A DNA stretch of 32,000 nucleotides. Source: Candidatus Iainarchaeum sp. (GTDB lineage Archaea; Iainarchaeota; Iainarchaeia; Iainarchaeales; CSSED10-239). Of this stretch, positions 17,040 through 26,095 are shown piece by piece. The position numbers and the translations under genes are program-made. Each line of letters starts with the position of its first letter. The stretch's first letter is position 1. Under the pieces are notes generated by a model. It was not told the origin of the DNA and made no database searches. It saw only the letters and a list, made by a program, of their open reading frames with translations. The stretch covers positions 366,418 to 398,417 of the forward strand of contig JBBISB010000001.1 in the NCBI GenBank assembly GCA_037441475.1. Direction: 5' to 3'.

Positions 17040-17804
17040 TTATTTTTCTTCCTTCTTTAAAACCTCAAAATGTGCCTTCTTCTTTAAGGCTTTTGAGATG
17101 CTTGCTGTTATTTCATCAAATTTTTTTGCAGATTGTTTAAATTCCTTAGAGGTTACTTTAAGTTCATATTTTCCTGGACCAAAGTAAGTTATCTTTGAAT
17201 CTGGGTTTTTATCTTGAACATCAACTAATACTTTTTTAATACTTTCAAAACCACCGGACTCATCTGAAGTTATTGTCATTATGCCTACAATATCCTTGTC
17301 TTTAATAGTTATGTTTTTATCTAAAATTTCAAATAAAAGTTTATGATATTTTTTATCAATCTCAGGATAGTAATCTCCACCGTGCTTTAAAATGTTTAAA
17401 AAACCCTTATAAAGAGAGTTTTCTCTTTCAATGATTGGATTTGCAACATCCTCCCATATCTTATCAGGTGTAACATCTATTTCTTTTGCAATAACTGTTA
17501 AAAGACTTTGAGCTCTTAAAAATAACCTATATTCAGAAATTTTTCTTTTCTCATCTGCATCAGTTATTCTACTAAAAGAAATGTCAATATGTTTCTTTTC
17601 TTCATCAACCTTTAAGACCTTTGCTGCTCTTATCTGGTTTTGTTTAACATGGTTGTGGATGTTTTTAATCCAGGTAGAGGATATCTGGGAGATGTGTACA
17701 AAACCCTCCATGTTATCATACTCTAAAAGTTCTACAAAAACACCAAAATCAGTTATTTTTGAAACCTTACAAATTACTACATCATTTATGTTTGGAAAAT
17801 CCAT
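17040..17804 (-). CDS. eif2a: Translation initiation factor aIF2 alpha subunit
   Basis: 254 aa. The N-terminal S1 domain is VICKVSKITDFGVFVELLEYDNMEGFVHISQIS, followed by helical and alpha-beta domains of typical size. Confidence 0.9.
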   Translation of the reverse strand: MDFPNINDVVICKVSKITDFGVFVELLEYDNMEGFVHISQISSTWIKNIHNHVKQNQIRAAKVLKVDEEKKHIDISFSRITDADEKRKISEYRLFLRAQSLLTVIAKEIDVTPDKIWEDVANPIIERENSLYKGFLNILKHGGDYYPEIDKKYHKLLFEILDKNITIKDKDIVGIMTITSDESGGFESIKKVLVDVQDKNPDSKITYFGPGKYELKVTSKEFKQSAKKFDEITASISKALKKKAHFEVLKKEEK

Positions 17805-17823
17805 TAATTATCAACTCTTTTCT

Positions 17824-18390
17824 TTAATCTATTTTTTTAATAAGATTTTTAGACTCTAATATCTTTATCATGTCTTCAGGAATCTCACACACTTGTTCTT
17901 TTTCAAAAGGCCCATACTCTTTTAAATCAGCACCTATGAAAGCTGGGATGCTCTCTATAAATTTAACCTTTGCCATTACAAGGTTATCTGCTTTTTTATT
18001 TTTTTTAGAAACTCCAAAAATATTTAAGGAGTGTTCGTTTTGTTTATCTATAAGCTTAATAATTCCTTTTGCAAAATCTACTTCAAAGTCAATTAAGCCT
18101 TCCTCTTCAAAGTCATTTGTTCTACTGTACATTAAACAGAGGTTAAGACATTTCTTTGTTCTAATCTCTCTTATCTTTTCAATCATTTTTTTTAAAGTTT
18201 CAAACTTTTTTATAGATGTAGGAGAAAAAGACTCTTCCATTTCCTCAGTATATCTTTTTCTTTCATCAAGTAAAAACTTTTTAAGTTCTTTATAAAAATC
18301 AGGATTTAATTTTGTTAATTTTGGAGACTTTACTTCAAGCCTATATATCTTTCTTAATTCATCGTAATCTAAACTGTAATCGTCATTCAA
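17824..18390 (-). CDS. GINS-family replication protein (Gins51/Gins15-like)
   Basis: 188 aa helical protein (ELRKIYRLE..., DFYKELKKFL). It lies immediately downstream of, and overlaps, priS. GINS-priS linkage is known in archaea. Confidence 0.55.
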   Translation of the reverse strand: MNDDYSLDYDELRKIYRLEVKSPKLTKLNPDFYKELKKFLLDERKRYTEEMEESFSPTSIKKFETLKKMIEKIREIRTKKCLNLCLMYSRTNDFEEEGLIDFEVDFAKGIIKLIDKQNEHSLNIFGVSKKNKKADNLVMAKVKFIESIPAFIGADLKEYGPFEKEQVCEIPEDMIKILESKNLIKKID

Positions 18391-19636
18391 AGTTAGCCAC
18401 CCCTTTAAGCACTAAAAATATTGTAACTGTTTCAGGAAGATTTAAGACTTCGTTCTTGTTAAAAGGACCATAAAAGTCATCTAAGAGTCTGAAACGTGGT
18501 ATTGGTTTAATTAATTTTATTTTTTTAAAAGAATCTCCCCTTAAAACAACTGGAGTTTTAAATGGATCAAAACTTTTTAAATCATCTTTATTTTTAATAT
18601 ATGTTGAAAGAAAACCAGTCCCTCCATGAATGGTGTCTGGAACCCTCATTATCTTAAAAATATCACTTGAGGACTGAGGGTCTATTTTAAGCCTTGTTTG
18701 ACTTATGACATGGTTTATAGCATCCTCAAAAAACTTATCACTTGAGGTAAAATCAACTGATAGTATATTATTATGGTACATCTTATTTAAAATATCTTCT
18801 TTTGTGTTAATTATTAGCTTTGCTTTCTTTGAAGAAAGGTTAAAAATTGAAGAAAGTTTATTTTCATCATAGAAAGTTATTATGTTTACAAGACCGGTTA
18901 GTATTTTTTTTGCCCAACCAGAGGACTCTTTTATAGAGGGTATTTTCCAAACCTTTTTTTCTTTTATAAAACCTAATTTTGATAGCTCTAAGTCGTTTGC
19001 TAAGATGTAGTTCATCATCTGTAGTCTTGCACTCTTTGATAAAGAGATTATTGTTTTATCAGTTATTCTTACATGATACCCTTTTGCTCCTGAAAAGCTA
19101 ATTATGAAGGTTTTTACATCTAGCTTAAACTCAGATTCTAGAAAATCAATTAACCTTAAGGTATCTTCCTTTGCTTTACCTAAACACTCATCACAAGTCC
19201 ATTCTGTTATTTGTATTGGAGAAGAGCATTTAGGGCATTGTTTTAAGTTGCCATAACCCCATTCCTTACAATTTTCATCCTTACACTCCCATGTATTATG
19301 CCTATCATGGCATGGAAGAGTATAATCATCTGAATCAAACTCATAAACAATGTCTGAGCCTTCCCATTTTTTATTCTCCATTGGTCTTCTATCTGGAAAA
19401 GTAAAATAACTTGTTGAGTAGGAGATGTAGAAGGGAGGGGTTTGTTTTAAATAGTTATTAAAATCATTAACTGTTGTAAAGGAGAGATGTCTTTGACTTA
19501 TCTTTGAGTACATGGTTCCAATACCAAACTCTCTTTTTGAAACCTCTATTATACAGGAAACATAGTTATTATTGTAGTATTCTTTAAACTTGTCTGTGAA
19601 ATACTTTAGTTTTATGTTATCCTCTTGATAAGACAT
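18383..19636 (-). CDS. priS: DNA primase small (catalytic) subunit PriS
   Basis: 417 aa. Catalytic acidic motif VYEFDSDD, SFSGAKGYHV and MRVPDTIHGGTGF are present. Zn-knuckle cysteines are CPKCSSP...CDEC. It ends with TGA. Confidence 0.9.
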   Translation of the reverse strand: MSYQEDNIKLKYFTDKFKEYYNNNYVSCIIEVSKREFGIGTMYSKISQRHLSFTTVNDFNNYLKQTPPFYISYSTSYFTFPDRRPMENKKWEGSDIVYEFDSDDYTLPCHDRHNTWECKDENCKEWGYGNLKQCPKCSSPIQITEWTCDECLGKAKEDTLRLIDFLESEFKLDVKTFIISFSGAKGYHVRITDKTIISLSKSARLQMMNYILANDLELSKLGFIKEKKVWKIPSIKESSGWAKKILTGLVNIITFYDENKLSSIFNLSSKKAKLIINTKEDILNKMYHNNILSVDFTSSDKFFEDAINHVISQTRLKIDPQSSSDIFKIMRVPDTIHGGTGFLSTYIKNKDDLKSFDPFKTPVVLRGDSFKKIKLIKPIPRFRLLDDFYGPFNKNEVLNLPETVTIFLVLKGVANFE

Positions 19637-19697
19637 AAATATATATTATTCAAAATATATAAAAAGTATGTTATTTTAGTAAAGAAGAAGGTATTTA

Positions 19698-19796
19698 TAT
19701 AAATTCTTTCCCTTAATAAAGAGTTCTCGCTATAAACTCTTTCTTCTAAAAAAGAATAATTAGTATAAACCCTTTCCTTTAGGAAAGAGTTTTTTT
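19698..19796. repeat. Three tandem imperfect 33-bp repeats between the rad50 stop and the priS start
   Basis: Units start at 19698, 19731 and 19764: tataaattctttcccttaataaagag.., tataaactctttcttctaaaaaagaa.., tataaaccctttcctttaggaaagag.. The shared core is TATAAA-nn-CTTTC-n(7)-AAAGA, and copy 3 contains the dyad ctttcc/ggaaag. Confidence 0.75.
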
Positions 19797-19815
19797 AAAC
19801 AACTTTATAAAAACC

Positions 19816-22110
19816 TTAAAAAAGTATTTTTGAAGCAGAATCGTTTTCTTTATCTCTCTCAATTATAAACTTTGTAGCATTTATTGTTTCAAGAAGCTTG
19901 TTATCATGAGTTACAATAAAGATTTGATCAACTAAGTCAGGAAGCTCTTCTTCTAAGATATTTGATAAGGCCTCAACTGATTTTTCATCTAAATTATGTG
20001 TAGGTTCATCAAGGATTAAAAGACCTAGTTTTTTAGTTAAGATTAAAGAGATTGCCATCCTTATTGAAAGAGAAGCACAAGCCCTTTCTCCTCCACTTAA
20101 TAAACCCTCAACCCTTATCCAGTCGTTTTTCAAAGTTAAAACCTCTAAGATATAATCATTGTCTGCATTTAATCTTGCTGAAAGATAGTCCTTGTAAGGG
20201 TATACTTTTGGCCAAATTATGGTTAAAGCTTGGTTTATGTTATCTATTAAAACTTTTCTTAACTGAAGTTGACTATTATCTATTGCTTTTAAAAAATAAG
20301 AAAGATCTTGTTTTTTAGTTGAAATGTTTTTTAAAGAAGAAGAAACTTCTTCTTTTTGTTTATCCAAACTTTCAAGAGAAGAGATTTGTTTGTTTAAAGA
20401 GTCTAGGGATTTTAAAGAAGTGTTTAAAGAATCTTTTAAAGAAATAAAGTTAACTTCTATGTTTTTATTTTCAGCAAGAAGGTTTAGGTAATCCTCTTCC
20501 TTGTAAGAGATGTTTGAAAGAGAGGTTTTTAGAGAAGATACTTTTTCTTCAAACTCTTTTTTCTTAGAGATTAATTTTAAATATTCTTCTTTTGTTTTTA
20601 AGTCATCTTTTTTAAGAAGAATTTCTTTTTCAAGAGAAGAAAGGTCTTCTAAAGAAGGAAGGGCTTTAGTTTCTTCTAAAACACTTTCTTGTAAAGATTT
20701 ATTTTCTATTAATTGTTTTTCAATCTCTTGTAGTTGAGATTCTAAGAGATTGTTTTTTTCTATTATTTTTTCTTTTTTGTTTATATCTTCTAAAGATTTT
20801 TCTTTTAAAGAAAGTTTGTCTAGGAGAATAGTTATTTCTTTTGAAATGTTTTCTTTTTCTGTTCTTACATGATTAATAGTTTCTTCTAGATGTTCTTTTG
20901 TGAAAGGAGTTTGGCAAACAGGACAGTTTGAAAAGCCTTTTGAAAGTTCTTGAGAGGATTTTTCTAAGTCCTTTTGCTTTGAGAGAAGAGAGAGTTTTGA
21001 AATGTTTAAAGAATTAATTTCTTCTAGAACCTCTTTCTTTAAAGAAGAAAGAACATGAGAAGTAAAGTCAACCTCTGTTAAAGAAGATTTAATTTGGGTT
21101 ATTTTTCCTTCAATTTCTAAAAGATTGTTTCTATAGAAGGCATATTTGTTTTCTAAGGATTTTTTTAAAATTTCTGTCTCTTTGTTTTTGTTTTGTTTTT
21201 CTAGAAAATCTTTTTCAAGAGAAGATAGAATTTTCTTTTCATCCTCTAAAAAAGATAGAGTTGTATCTGGATCTATTTTAGTTGAAAGGGTTTCAATTTC
21301 TTTTAAAGTATCTTCAAGCCTTGAGAGGTAAAGGGTATATTGTGAAGAAAGAGAGTCGTGTTTTTCTTTAATCTCTTTCTTTTCTTTTAAAGAAGTTTCT
21401 AAACTTCTTTTTTTATTTTCATTTTCAAGTAGTTCTTTTTCTAGAAGGTTTATTTTTTCTTTAAGTTTAGTTTCTTCTTCTCTTAAAGAAGATAAGTTAT
21501 AAGAAGATATTTGAGAAGAGATTTGTTTTAAAAGAAGTTCATTTTTATCTTGTTCATGTAAAAGTAAACGATCAATCTCTCTTGTTGATATTTTTATGTT
21601 TTCAAAATGAGATATTCCAAAAAGATCATCAAACTGTTCTTTTCTTTTAGAAGGTGCTATTTTTAAAAAATAATCAATTTCATTTTGCTGGGAGTATACA
21701 ACTTTTATAAAAAGATTATAATCAATGCCTAAAAGTTTTGAAACAAAATCATCCACATCGCTTTTTTTAGGTCCAGCTAAAAGCTTACCTTCAAGGTATA
21801 TTTTTGCAGAGTTTGCTTTGTTTCCTGAAAAAAACTCTCTTTCTATTAAATAGGTTTTTTCATCTTGCTCAAGCTCTAAAATTACTTTAAAATAATCTTT
21901 TTTTGAAGGTTTAAACATTATAGTTTCATCTAAAGTAACCTTTCTGTTTGAAAGAGTAGGAAAGGTGCCGTAAAGAGCATAACAAATACCATCAACTACA
22001 CTTGATTTTCCAGAACCAATAACACCTAAGAGTATATTAGTTCCTTTTTGAAAGGAAAGCTTAGTATCTAGGTGGGTTTTCCAGTTTTCAAGATATATTG
22101 ATTTTATCAT
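19816..22110 (-). CDS. rad50: Rad50 (SMC-like DNA double-strand-break repair ATPase)
   Basis: Walker A is GVIGSGKSS. There are long coiled coils with the zinc hook CPVCQ. The signature motif is LSGGE and Walker B is LLILDEPT. The ORF-track start (22137) is TTG, but the ATG at 22108..22110 (MIKSIYLENW) is more plausible. Confidence 0.9.
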   Translation of the reverse strand: MIKSIYLENWKTHLDTKLSFQKGTNILLGVIGSGKSSVVDGICYALYGTFPTLSNRKVTLDETIMFKPSKKDYFKVILELEQDEKTYLIEREFFSGNKANSAKIYLEGKLLAGPKKSDVDDFVSKLLGIDYNLFIKVVYSQQNEIDYFLKIAPSKRKEQFDDLFGISHFENIKISTREIDRLLLHEQDKNELLLKQISSQISSYNLSSLREEETKLKEKINLLEKELLENENKKRSLETSLKEKKEIKEKHDSLSSQYTLYLSRLEDTLKEIETLSTKIDPDTTLSFLEDEKKILSSLEKDFLEKQNKNKETEILKKSLENKYAFYRNNLLEIEGKITQIKSSLTEVDFTSHVLSSLKKEVLEEINSLNISKLSLLSKQKDLEKSSQELSKGFSNCPVCQTPFTKEHLEETINHVRTEKENISKEITILLDKLSLKEKSLEDINKKEKIIEKNNLLESQLQEIEKQLIENKSLQESVLEETKALPSLEDLSSLEKEILLKKDDLKTKEEYLKLISKKKEFEEKVSSLKTSLSNISYKEEDYLNLLAENKNIEVNFISLKDSLNTSLKSLDSLNKQISSLESLDKQKEEVSSSLKNISTKKQDLSYFLKAIDNSQLQLRKVLIDNINQALTIIWPKVYPYKDYLSARLNADNDYILEVLTLKNDWIRVEGLLSGGERACASLSIRMAISLILTKKLGLLILDEPTHNLDEKSVEALSNILEEELPDLVDQIFIVTHDNKLLETINATKFIIERDKENDSASKILF

Positions 22111-22152
22111 AAGTATATATTTAATATATAAAAACAAATAAAAATAGAAAGA

Positions 22153-22908
22153 TTAACCATTCATCTCTTTAAGCCATTTCTCTTTTAATTTCTCAAAGTC
22201 CTTATAGTAACCTTCATGATAATCAGGAGAATTATTGTATAAATCAACCTCTGTGTAATTTTCCTTTAAATAAGAAATTAATGGAACAGATCTTTGGACA
22301 ATCTCTTCAGGAGAAAGCCAAAAGGAAGTGTCTGCAAAAGGCCTTGTTTTGTGTTAATTAAAGGTATTTACACTGCTTAAGTTTAGAAACAATGCTTGAA
22401 TATTCTTTTCAAAAGTAGAAACACCTCTCATATCCTCTCTTAATATTAATTTTGATTTACTGTAAAAATTCCACCAAGGAACATTATAAGCATCATTTAA
22501 AGAGCCAAAACAAGCAAGCTTTATTAAAATATTTTTATCTTTTCTTAAATTTAATAAAGGCAAAACAATATTGTGAAAACTATCAAGATTAGATTTTAAA
22601 ACCTCATCATCAATATCATGCTCTAGGCTTTTAACTTCAGGAACTCCATTTTTTTCAAATTTAAATCTACCAACAGGATGAATTAAAACTACCTCTAAAA
22701 CACCATCTAGAGATATTTTCTTAATCTCTTGTTCAGTATCTTTTGATTTCTCCAAATCACATAAAAGATAATCAACATTCTTTAAAGGATTTTCTTCCTC
22801 TCTTCTTGAAATAGCATTAACCAAACAATCTTTTTCTTTTGAATAATGCTTAACATAAGCTTTCCTTAAGTCCACGGTTGCTCCAGAGACAATAATTACT
22901 TTCTGCAT
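22153..22908 (-). CDS. Short-chain dehydrogenase/reductase (SDR) with an in-frame TAA at 22354..22356
   Basis: It has N-terminal VIIVSGATVDL and the catalytic YSKSK (YxxxK). After the TAA the same frame continues for 66 codons, HKTRPFADTSFWLSPEEIVQRSVPLISYLKE...EMNG, to TAA 22153..22155. The total is 251 codons, a normal SDR length. Confidence 0.75.
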
Positions 22909-22996
22909 GATAATCTTTTTGTGTTTTTTTATAGTAATAAAATACTAGACCAAAAGGTTTAAATAAACTTAGAATCAATAAGTTATTTGATTAGAT

Positions 22997-23185
22997 ATGC
23001 ATAAAATAAAGAAACTTATGGCTGATCAAAGAGCACAGATATCTGCTGAAATGATCATATTAATAGCTGCAATAATTGCAATTGTTTTAGTAGTTGTAAC
23101 ACAACTTCAAAAAACAACTACAAAAGCAAATAAGGCTGTTGATAAGAAAGCAGATGATGTCTTTAAGCAAATAGATAAGATATAA
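22997..23185 (+). CDS. Small class III signal peptide (type IV pilin-like) protein
   Basis: 62 aa. DQRAQISAEMIILIAAIIAIVLVVV fits the archaeal class III signal ([KR][GA]Q then a hydrophobic helix). Confidence 0.65.
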   Translation: MHKIKKLMADQRAQISAEMIILIAAIIAIVLVVVTQLQKTTTKANKAVDKKADDVFKQIDKI

Positions 23186-23209
23186 AAAAGGAAATAAAAA
23201 AGATTAACT

Positions 23210-23605
23210 GTGAACCAAAAAGCACAAGTTAGTTTAGAGTATATCTTAATTACGCTTGCAATTGTAGTTGTGCTTTCCTTAATTGTTATTCAAGCAACCT
23301 CTCTTTATTCTAGAAACATAAAAGCAATTGATAATAGAGCTATTAAAGAAGCTTATGAAAAGATACAAGGAAATATTGATATCTCTGAAATTTTAGAAAA
23401 CTACACAGAAGAGATTATTTTAATGCCAGAAAGAGAATGGAATTTTGAAAAAATAAAAAATAACAAGTATAAGATATATAATGAAGATAAAGAGTATATA
23501 CTTGAAAGTATTAATGAGATTAATTTTTATTTTAAAAATATTAAAGAAGAAACAACCATTGTTTTTAAAAAAGAAAATAATAAAATAACTATTGAGAAGA
23601 AATAA
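23210..23605 (+). CDS. Class III signal peptide (type IV pilin-like) protein
   Basis: 131 aa with a GTG start: NQKAQVSLEYILITLAIVVVLSLIVI. Confidence 0.65.
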   Translation: MNQKAQVSLEYILITLAIVVVLSLIVIQATSLYSRNIKAIDNRAIKEAYEKIQGNIDISEILENYTEEIILMPEREWNFEKIKNNKYKIYNEDKEYILESINEINFYFKNIKEETTIVFKKENNKITIEKK

Positions 23606-23608
23606 TTT

Positions 23609-24127
23609 ATGAACCTTAACACCTTTATTTCCAAACTTTTGTTTATTGGAATAACTATTCATGAACTTGCACATGTTTTTGCTTGCTTGATATTAGGTGT
23701 GAGGATAAGAAAGGTTAAACTTTTTAGTTTTTCTGATGGTTATGTTGTGCATGATGAATCTAGGGCCTATAAAAATATAGTAATCTCTATTTTCCCTTTC
23801 TTTTTTAATATTGGAGTCGTTATCTTAGGTATTTTACTTTTAAAAAAAGAAATGTTATTGATATATAAGATAGTTATCATATGGATATCTATTTCTGCTC
23901 TTTTCTTTTCCATACCCTCAAGACAAGATGCAAACAATATCTTTGATGCTATTAAGAAAAGCTATAGGTTAAACCAATCTTTGTTTAAATGGCTTTATAA
24001 GATAATTCTTTTACCTTTAACCATAGTGATATTAATACTATCTTGGGTATTTAAGCTTCTTGACCAGTCCTTTTTAATAAGGCTTGTGCTTATCTTAGCC
24101 TGGGTTTATGTATTAATGGTTGTTTAA
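23609..24127 (+). CDS. Polytopic membrane protein with an HExxH motif (M50/S2P-like or DUF3267-like zinc peptidase)
   Basis: 172 aa. GITIHELAHVFACLILGVRIRKV lies in the first TM helix and several further TM helices follow. Its ATG is 3 nt after the preceding stop. Confidence 0.5.
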   Translation: MNLNTFISKLLFIGITIHELAHVFACLILGVRIRKVKLFSFSDGYVVHDESRAYKNIVISIFPFFFNIGVVILGILLLKKEMLLIYKIVIIWISISALFFSIPSRQDANNIFDAIKKSYRLNQSLFKWLYKIILLPLTIVILILSWVFKLLDQSFLIRLVLILAWVYVLMVV

Positions 24128-24191
24128 CCAAATAATTAGTATTTTAATATTATCGCTTATATAATATATTAGCTAAGGGGGAGATTTAACC

Positions 24192-24944
24192 ATGATAAAA
24201 TTAATTATAAAAGATGTAAAAGAATTCCAAAAGAGTATGGATGCTATTGGTGTATTAATAAACGAAGGTTTGTTTACTATAGATAGCGAAAAGATGTTTT
24301 TAAGAGCAACAGACCCTGGGCAAATAAGTTTAGTGGATTTTGTAATGCCAAAAGATTCTTTTGAAGAATTTTTAGTAGATATTAAAAACGGAGAAAAGAA
24401 CGTAGCTTTTGGAATAAACATAAATAATTTCTTACAGATCTTAGCACACTCTTCAAGTGATGATAAACTAAGTTTAGAGATTAAGGATGATAAGTCATTT
24501 ATCTTAATAGAGCTTATTGGAAAATCAAAGAGAAGCTTTCATATCCCTTTAATAGATGTTTCTGAACAAGAACAACCCCTTCCAAAAATACAGTTTAATG
24601 TAACTGTTCAAATCTCCTCTGATCAATTACTTGCTGGTATTAAGGACGCTAGTCTTTTTAGCTCACATATAACTTTAAGAGTTGAAAATAACAAGTTGTT
24701 TTTAGAAACACAAAGTAGTAAGGGTAAATTTAAACAAGAAATTGAAGCTGGAGCAAACAACCTTTTAATATCTGGAAGTAAGGCAAAGGCAATGTATACT
24801 TTAGACTACTTACAAAACATGATAAAAAATGCAAAAAGTATAATCACTTTAAAGCTTAAAGATGATATGCCACTTGAAATTAACTACACAATAGGCTCTT
24901 CTGCTATTAGATATTTCTTAGCACCTAGAGTTGATAACGAATAG
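24192..24944 (+). CDS. pcn: DNA polymerase sliding clamp PCNA
   Basis: 250 aa with a two-domain clamp pattern, e.g. MFLRATDPGQISLVDFVMPKDSFEEF. It is preceded by a strong SD-like sequence, aagggggag. Confidence 0.9.
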   Translation: MIKLIIKDVKEFQKSMDAIGVLINEGLFTIDSEKMFLRATDPGQISLVDFVMPKDSFEEFLVDIKNGEKNVAFGININNFLQILAHSSSDDKLSLEIKDDKSFILIELIGKSKRSFHIPLIDVSEQEQPLPKIQFNVTVQISSDQLLAGIKDASLFSSHITLRVENNKLFLETQSSKGKFKQEIEAGANNLLISGSKAKAMYTLDYLQNMIKNAKSIITLKLKDDMPLEINYTIGSSAIRYFLAPRVDNE

Positions 24945-24969
24945 TTTTTCTTTTTTAAAAAAGAAAAAC
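24944..24969. terminator. Perfect 26-bp palindrome between the convergent pcn and cdc6 genes
   Basis: gtttttcttttttaaaaaagaaaaac is exactly self-complementary and T-rich on both strands. It is a plausible bidirectional terminator. Confidence 0.5.
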
Positions 24970-25003
24970 TTTTTACTTTTTCTTATTTTTTTTAAAAAAA
25001 TAG

Positions 25004-26095
25004 TTATAATAACTCTTTATTAAACTTTAAAGTTATTTTTCTATGGCTTCCTTTTCCTTCCTTTAAAAGAGAAAGAGAGATAAAACCTAATTTTTCAAAT
25101 TTTAAAAGATACCTACTCTTTGTTCTTTCAGCAATATCTTTCATAGAAGAATAAGCCTCAGTTGTCGTCTGATCATCCTTTAAAGAAGAAAGAAACTTAA
25201 ACTCTTCCTTAGAAAGAGAAGATATCTTTTCATTTACCTTAATGGAATCTATGAGGTTTGAAGAGCTTAATAAAACCTCTTTAGAGATGCTTAAATTACC
25301 CTCTCTTTCAGACTGCTTTGCTGCTTTGTACAGCAGATCTATTGCAATTCTGGCATCTCCCCCTCTAACAGCAGCATAACCTGCAATATACCCTATCAAG
25401 TCCTCTGTTATAGCTTTCTCTATAAGTCCATACTTAACTCTTTCTTTTAAAATTATTTTTAGGTCTTGAGAGGAGTATTTCTTAAACTCAAGGTCTTTTA
25501 GAAACAATGAACTTCGTGTTCTTGTATCCAGATCTAAGACAAAAGATTTATTATTGGTTATTAAAAGTAAAGTGAAATATTTGTTATTTGAAGAAAATCT
25601 TGAAAGATCATATAAAAGAACAGAAAGATCTTCTTTTCTAAGTTTATCAAACTCATCTAAGATGATTACTGGAGAGAAAGAAGCTTTTGTAAAAAGTTCT
25701 TTTATTCTTTGCCAAAGCTCATCAACAGCAAGCCCTCTTCTTGGCATTATTCCTCCAAAGAAAGCAACTATTTTAGAAAGGACAGCAAATCTTGTATTGT
25801 CCTGTATACAGTTTATATATATTGATTTTACTTTTAAAGAGTAGTTTGTAAGTTCTTTTAAAACAAAGTTTGAAACTAAGGTCTTTCCTGTTCCTGGTGG
25901 ACCATGTATTAAGAAGTTACTTGCTTTTTTGTTTATGGTTAATTGTTTTAATGGAAAGGAAAGTTCTTTTATCTCAGAGTCTCTTGAAAAGATGTTTTCT
26001 GGAGAGAAGTCTGGATAGAAGATTTGTTCATCTAAAAAGATGGATCTTTCTATGTTTTTAATATCTGAGAAGATGTTTTTTTTTGAAACTGACAT
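25004..26095 (-). CDS. cdc6: Orc1/Cdc6 replication initiator
   Basis: 363 aa. Walker A is HGPPGTGKT and Walker B is VIILDEFD. The lid region is GDARIAIDLL and there is a C-terminal winged helix. Confidence 0.92.
   Translation of the reverse strand: MSVSKKNIFSDIKNIERSIFLDEQIFYPDFSPENIFSRDSEIKELSFPLKQLTINKKASNFLIHGPPGTGKTLVSNFVLKELTNYSLKVKSIYINCIQDNTRFAVLSKIVAFFGGIMPRRGLAVDELWQRIKELFTKASFSPVIILDEFDKLRKEDLSVLLYDLSRFSSNNKYFTLLLITNNKSFVLDLDTRTRSSLFLKDLEFKKYSSQDLKIILKERVKYGLIEKAITEDLIGYIAGYAAVRGGDARIAIDLLYKAAKQSEREGNLSISKEVLLSSSNLIDSIKVNEKISSLSKEEFKFLSSLKDDQTTTEAYSSMKDIAERTKSRYLLKFEKLGFISLSLLKEGKGSHRKITLKFNKELL

Noticed and set aside
17870-18295. A 141-aa plus-strand ORF, and the similar antisense ORFs 2942..3175, 3262..3450, 4106..4300, 5180..5530, 7879..8199 and 9807..10097.
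   Set aside because: All lie entirely inside well-supported genes on the opposite strand. They have low-complexity, Phe/Ser/Leu/Ile-rich translations typical of shadow frames in AT-rich DNA.
20052-21331. Plus-strand ORFs 20052..20318, 20510..20737 and 21146..21331 inside rad50. Similar cases are 15702..15929 in herA, 17581..17859 in aIF2-alpha, 25554..26061 in cdc6, 23420..23674, 24173..24421, 26373..26603, 27051..27266 and 29716..29898.
   Set aside because: These are antisense shadows of coiled-coil or otherwise confidently assigned coding sequence. They have no motifs and no plausible ribosome-binding context.
22138-22353. An mre11 remnant immediately upstream of rad50.
   Set aside because: The region is the in-frame continuation of the SDR gene (LSPEEIVQ... 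C-terminus). It shows no phosphoesterase motifs (DxH, GDxxDR, GNHD).
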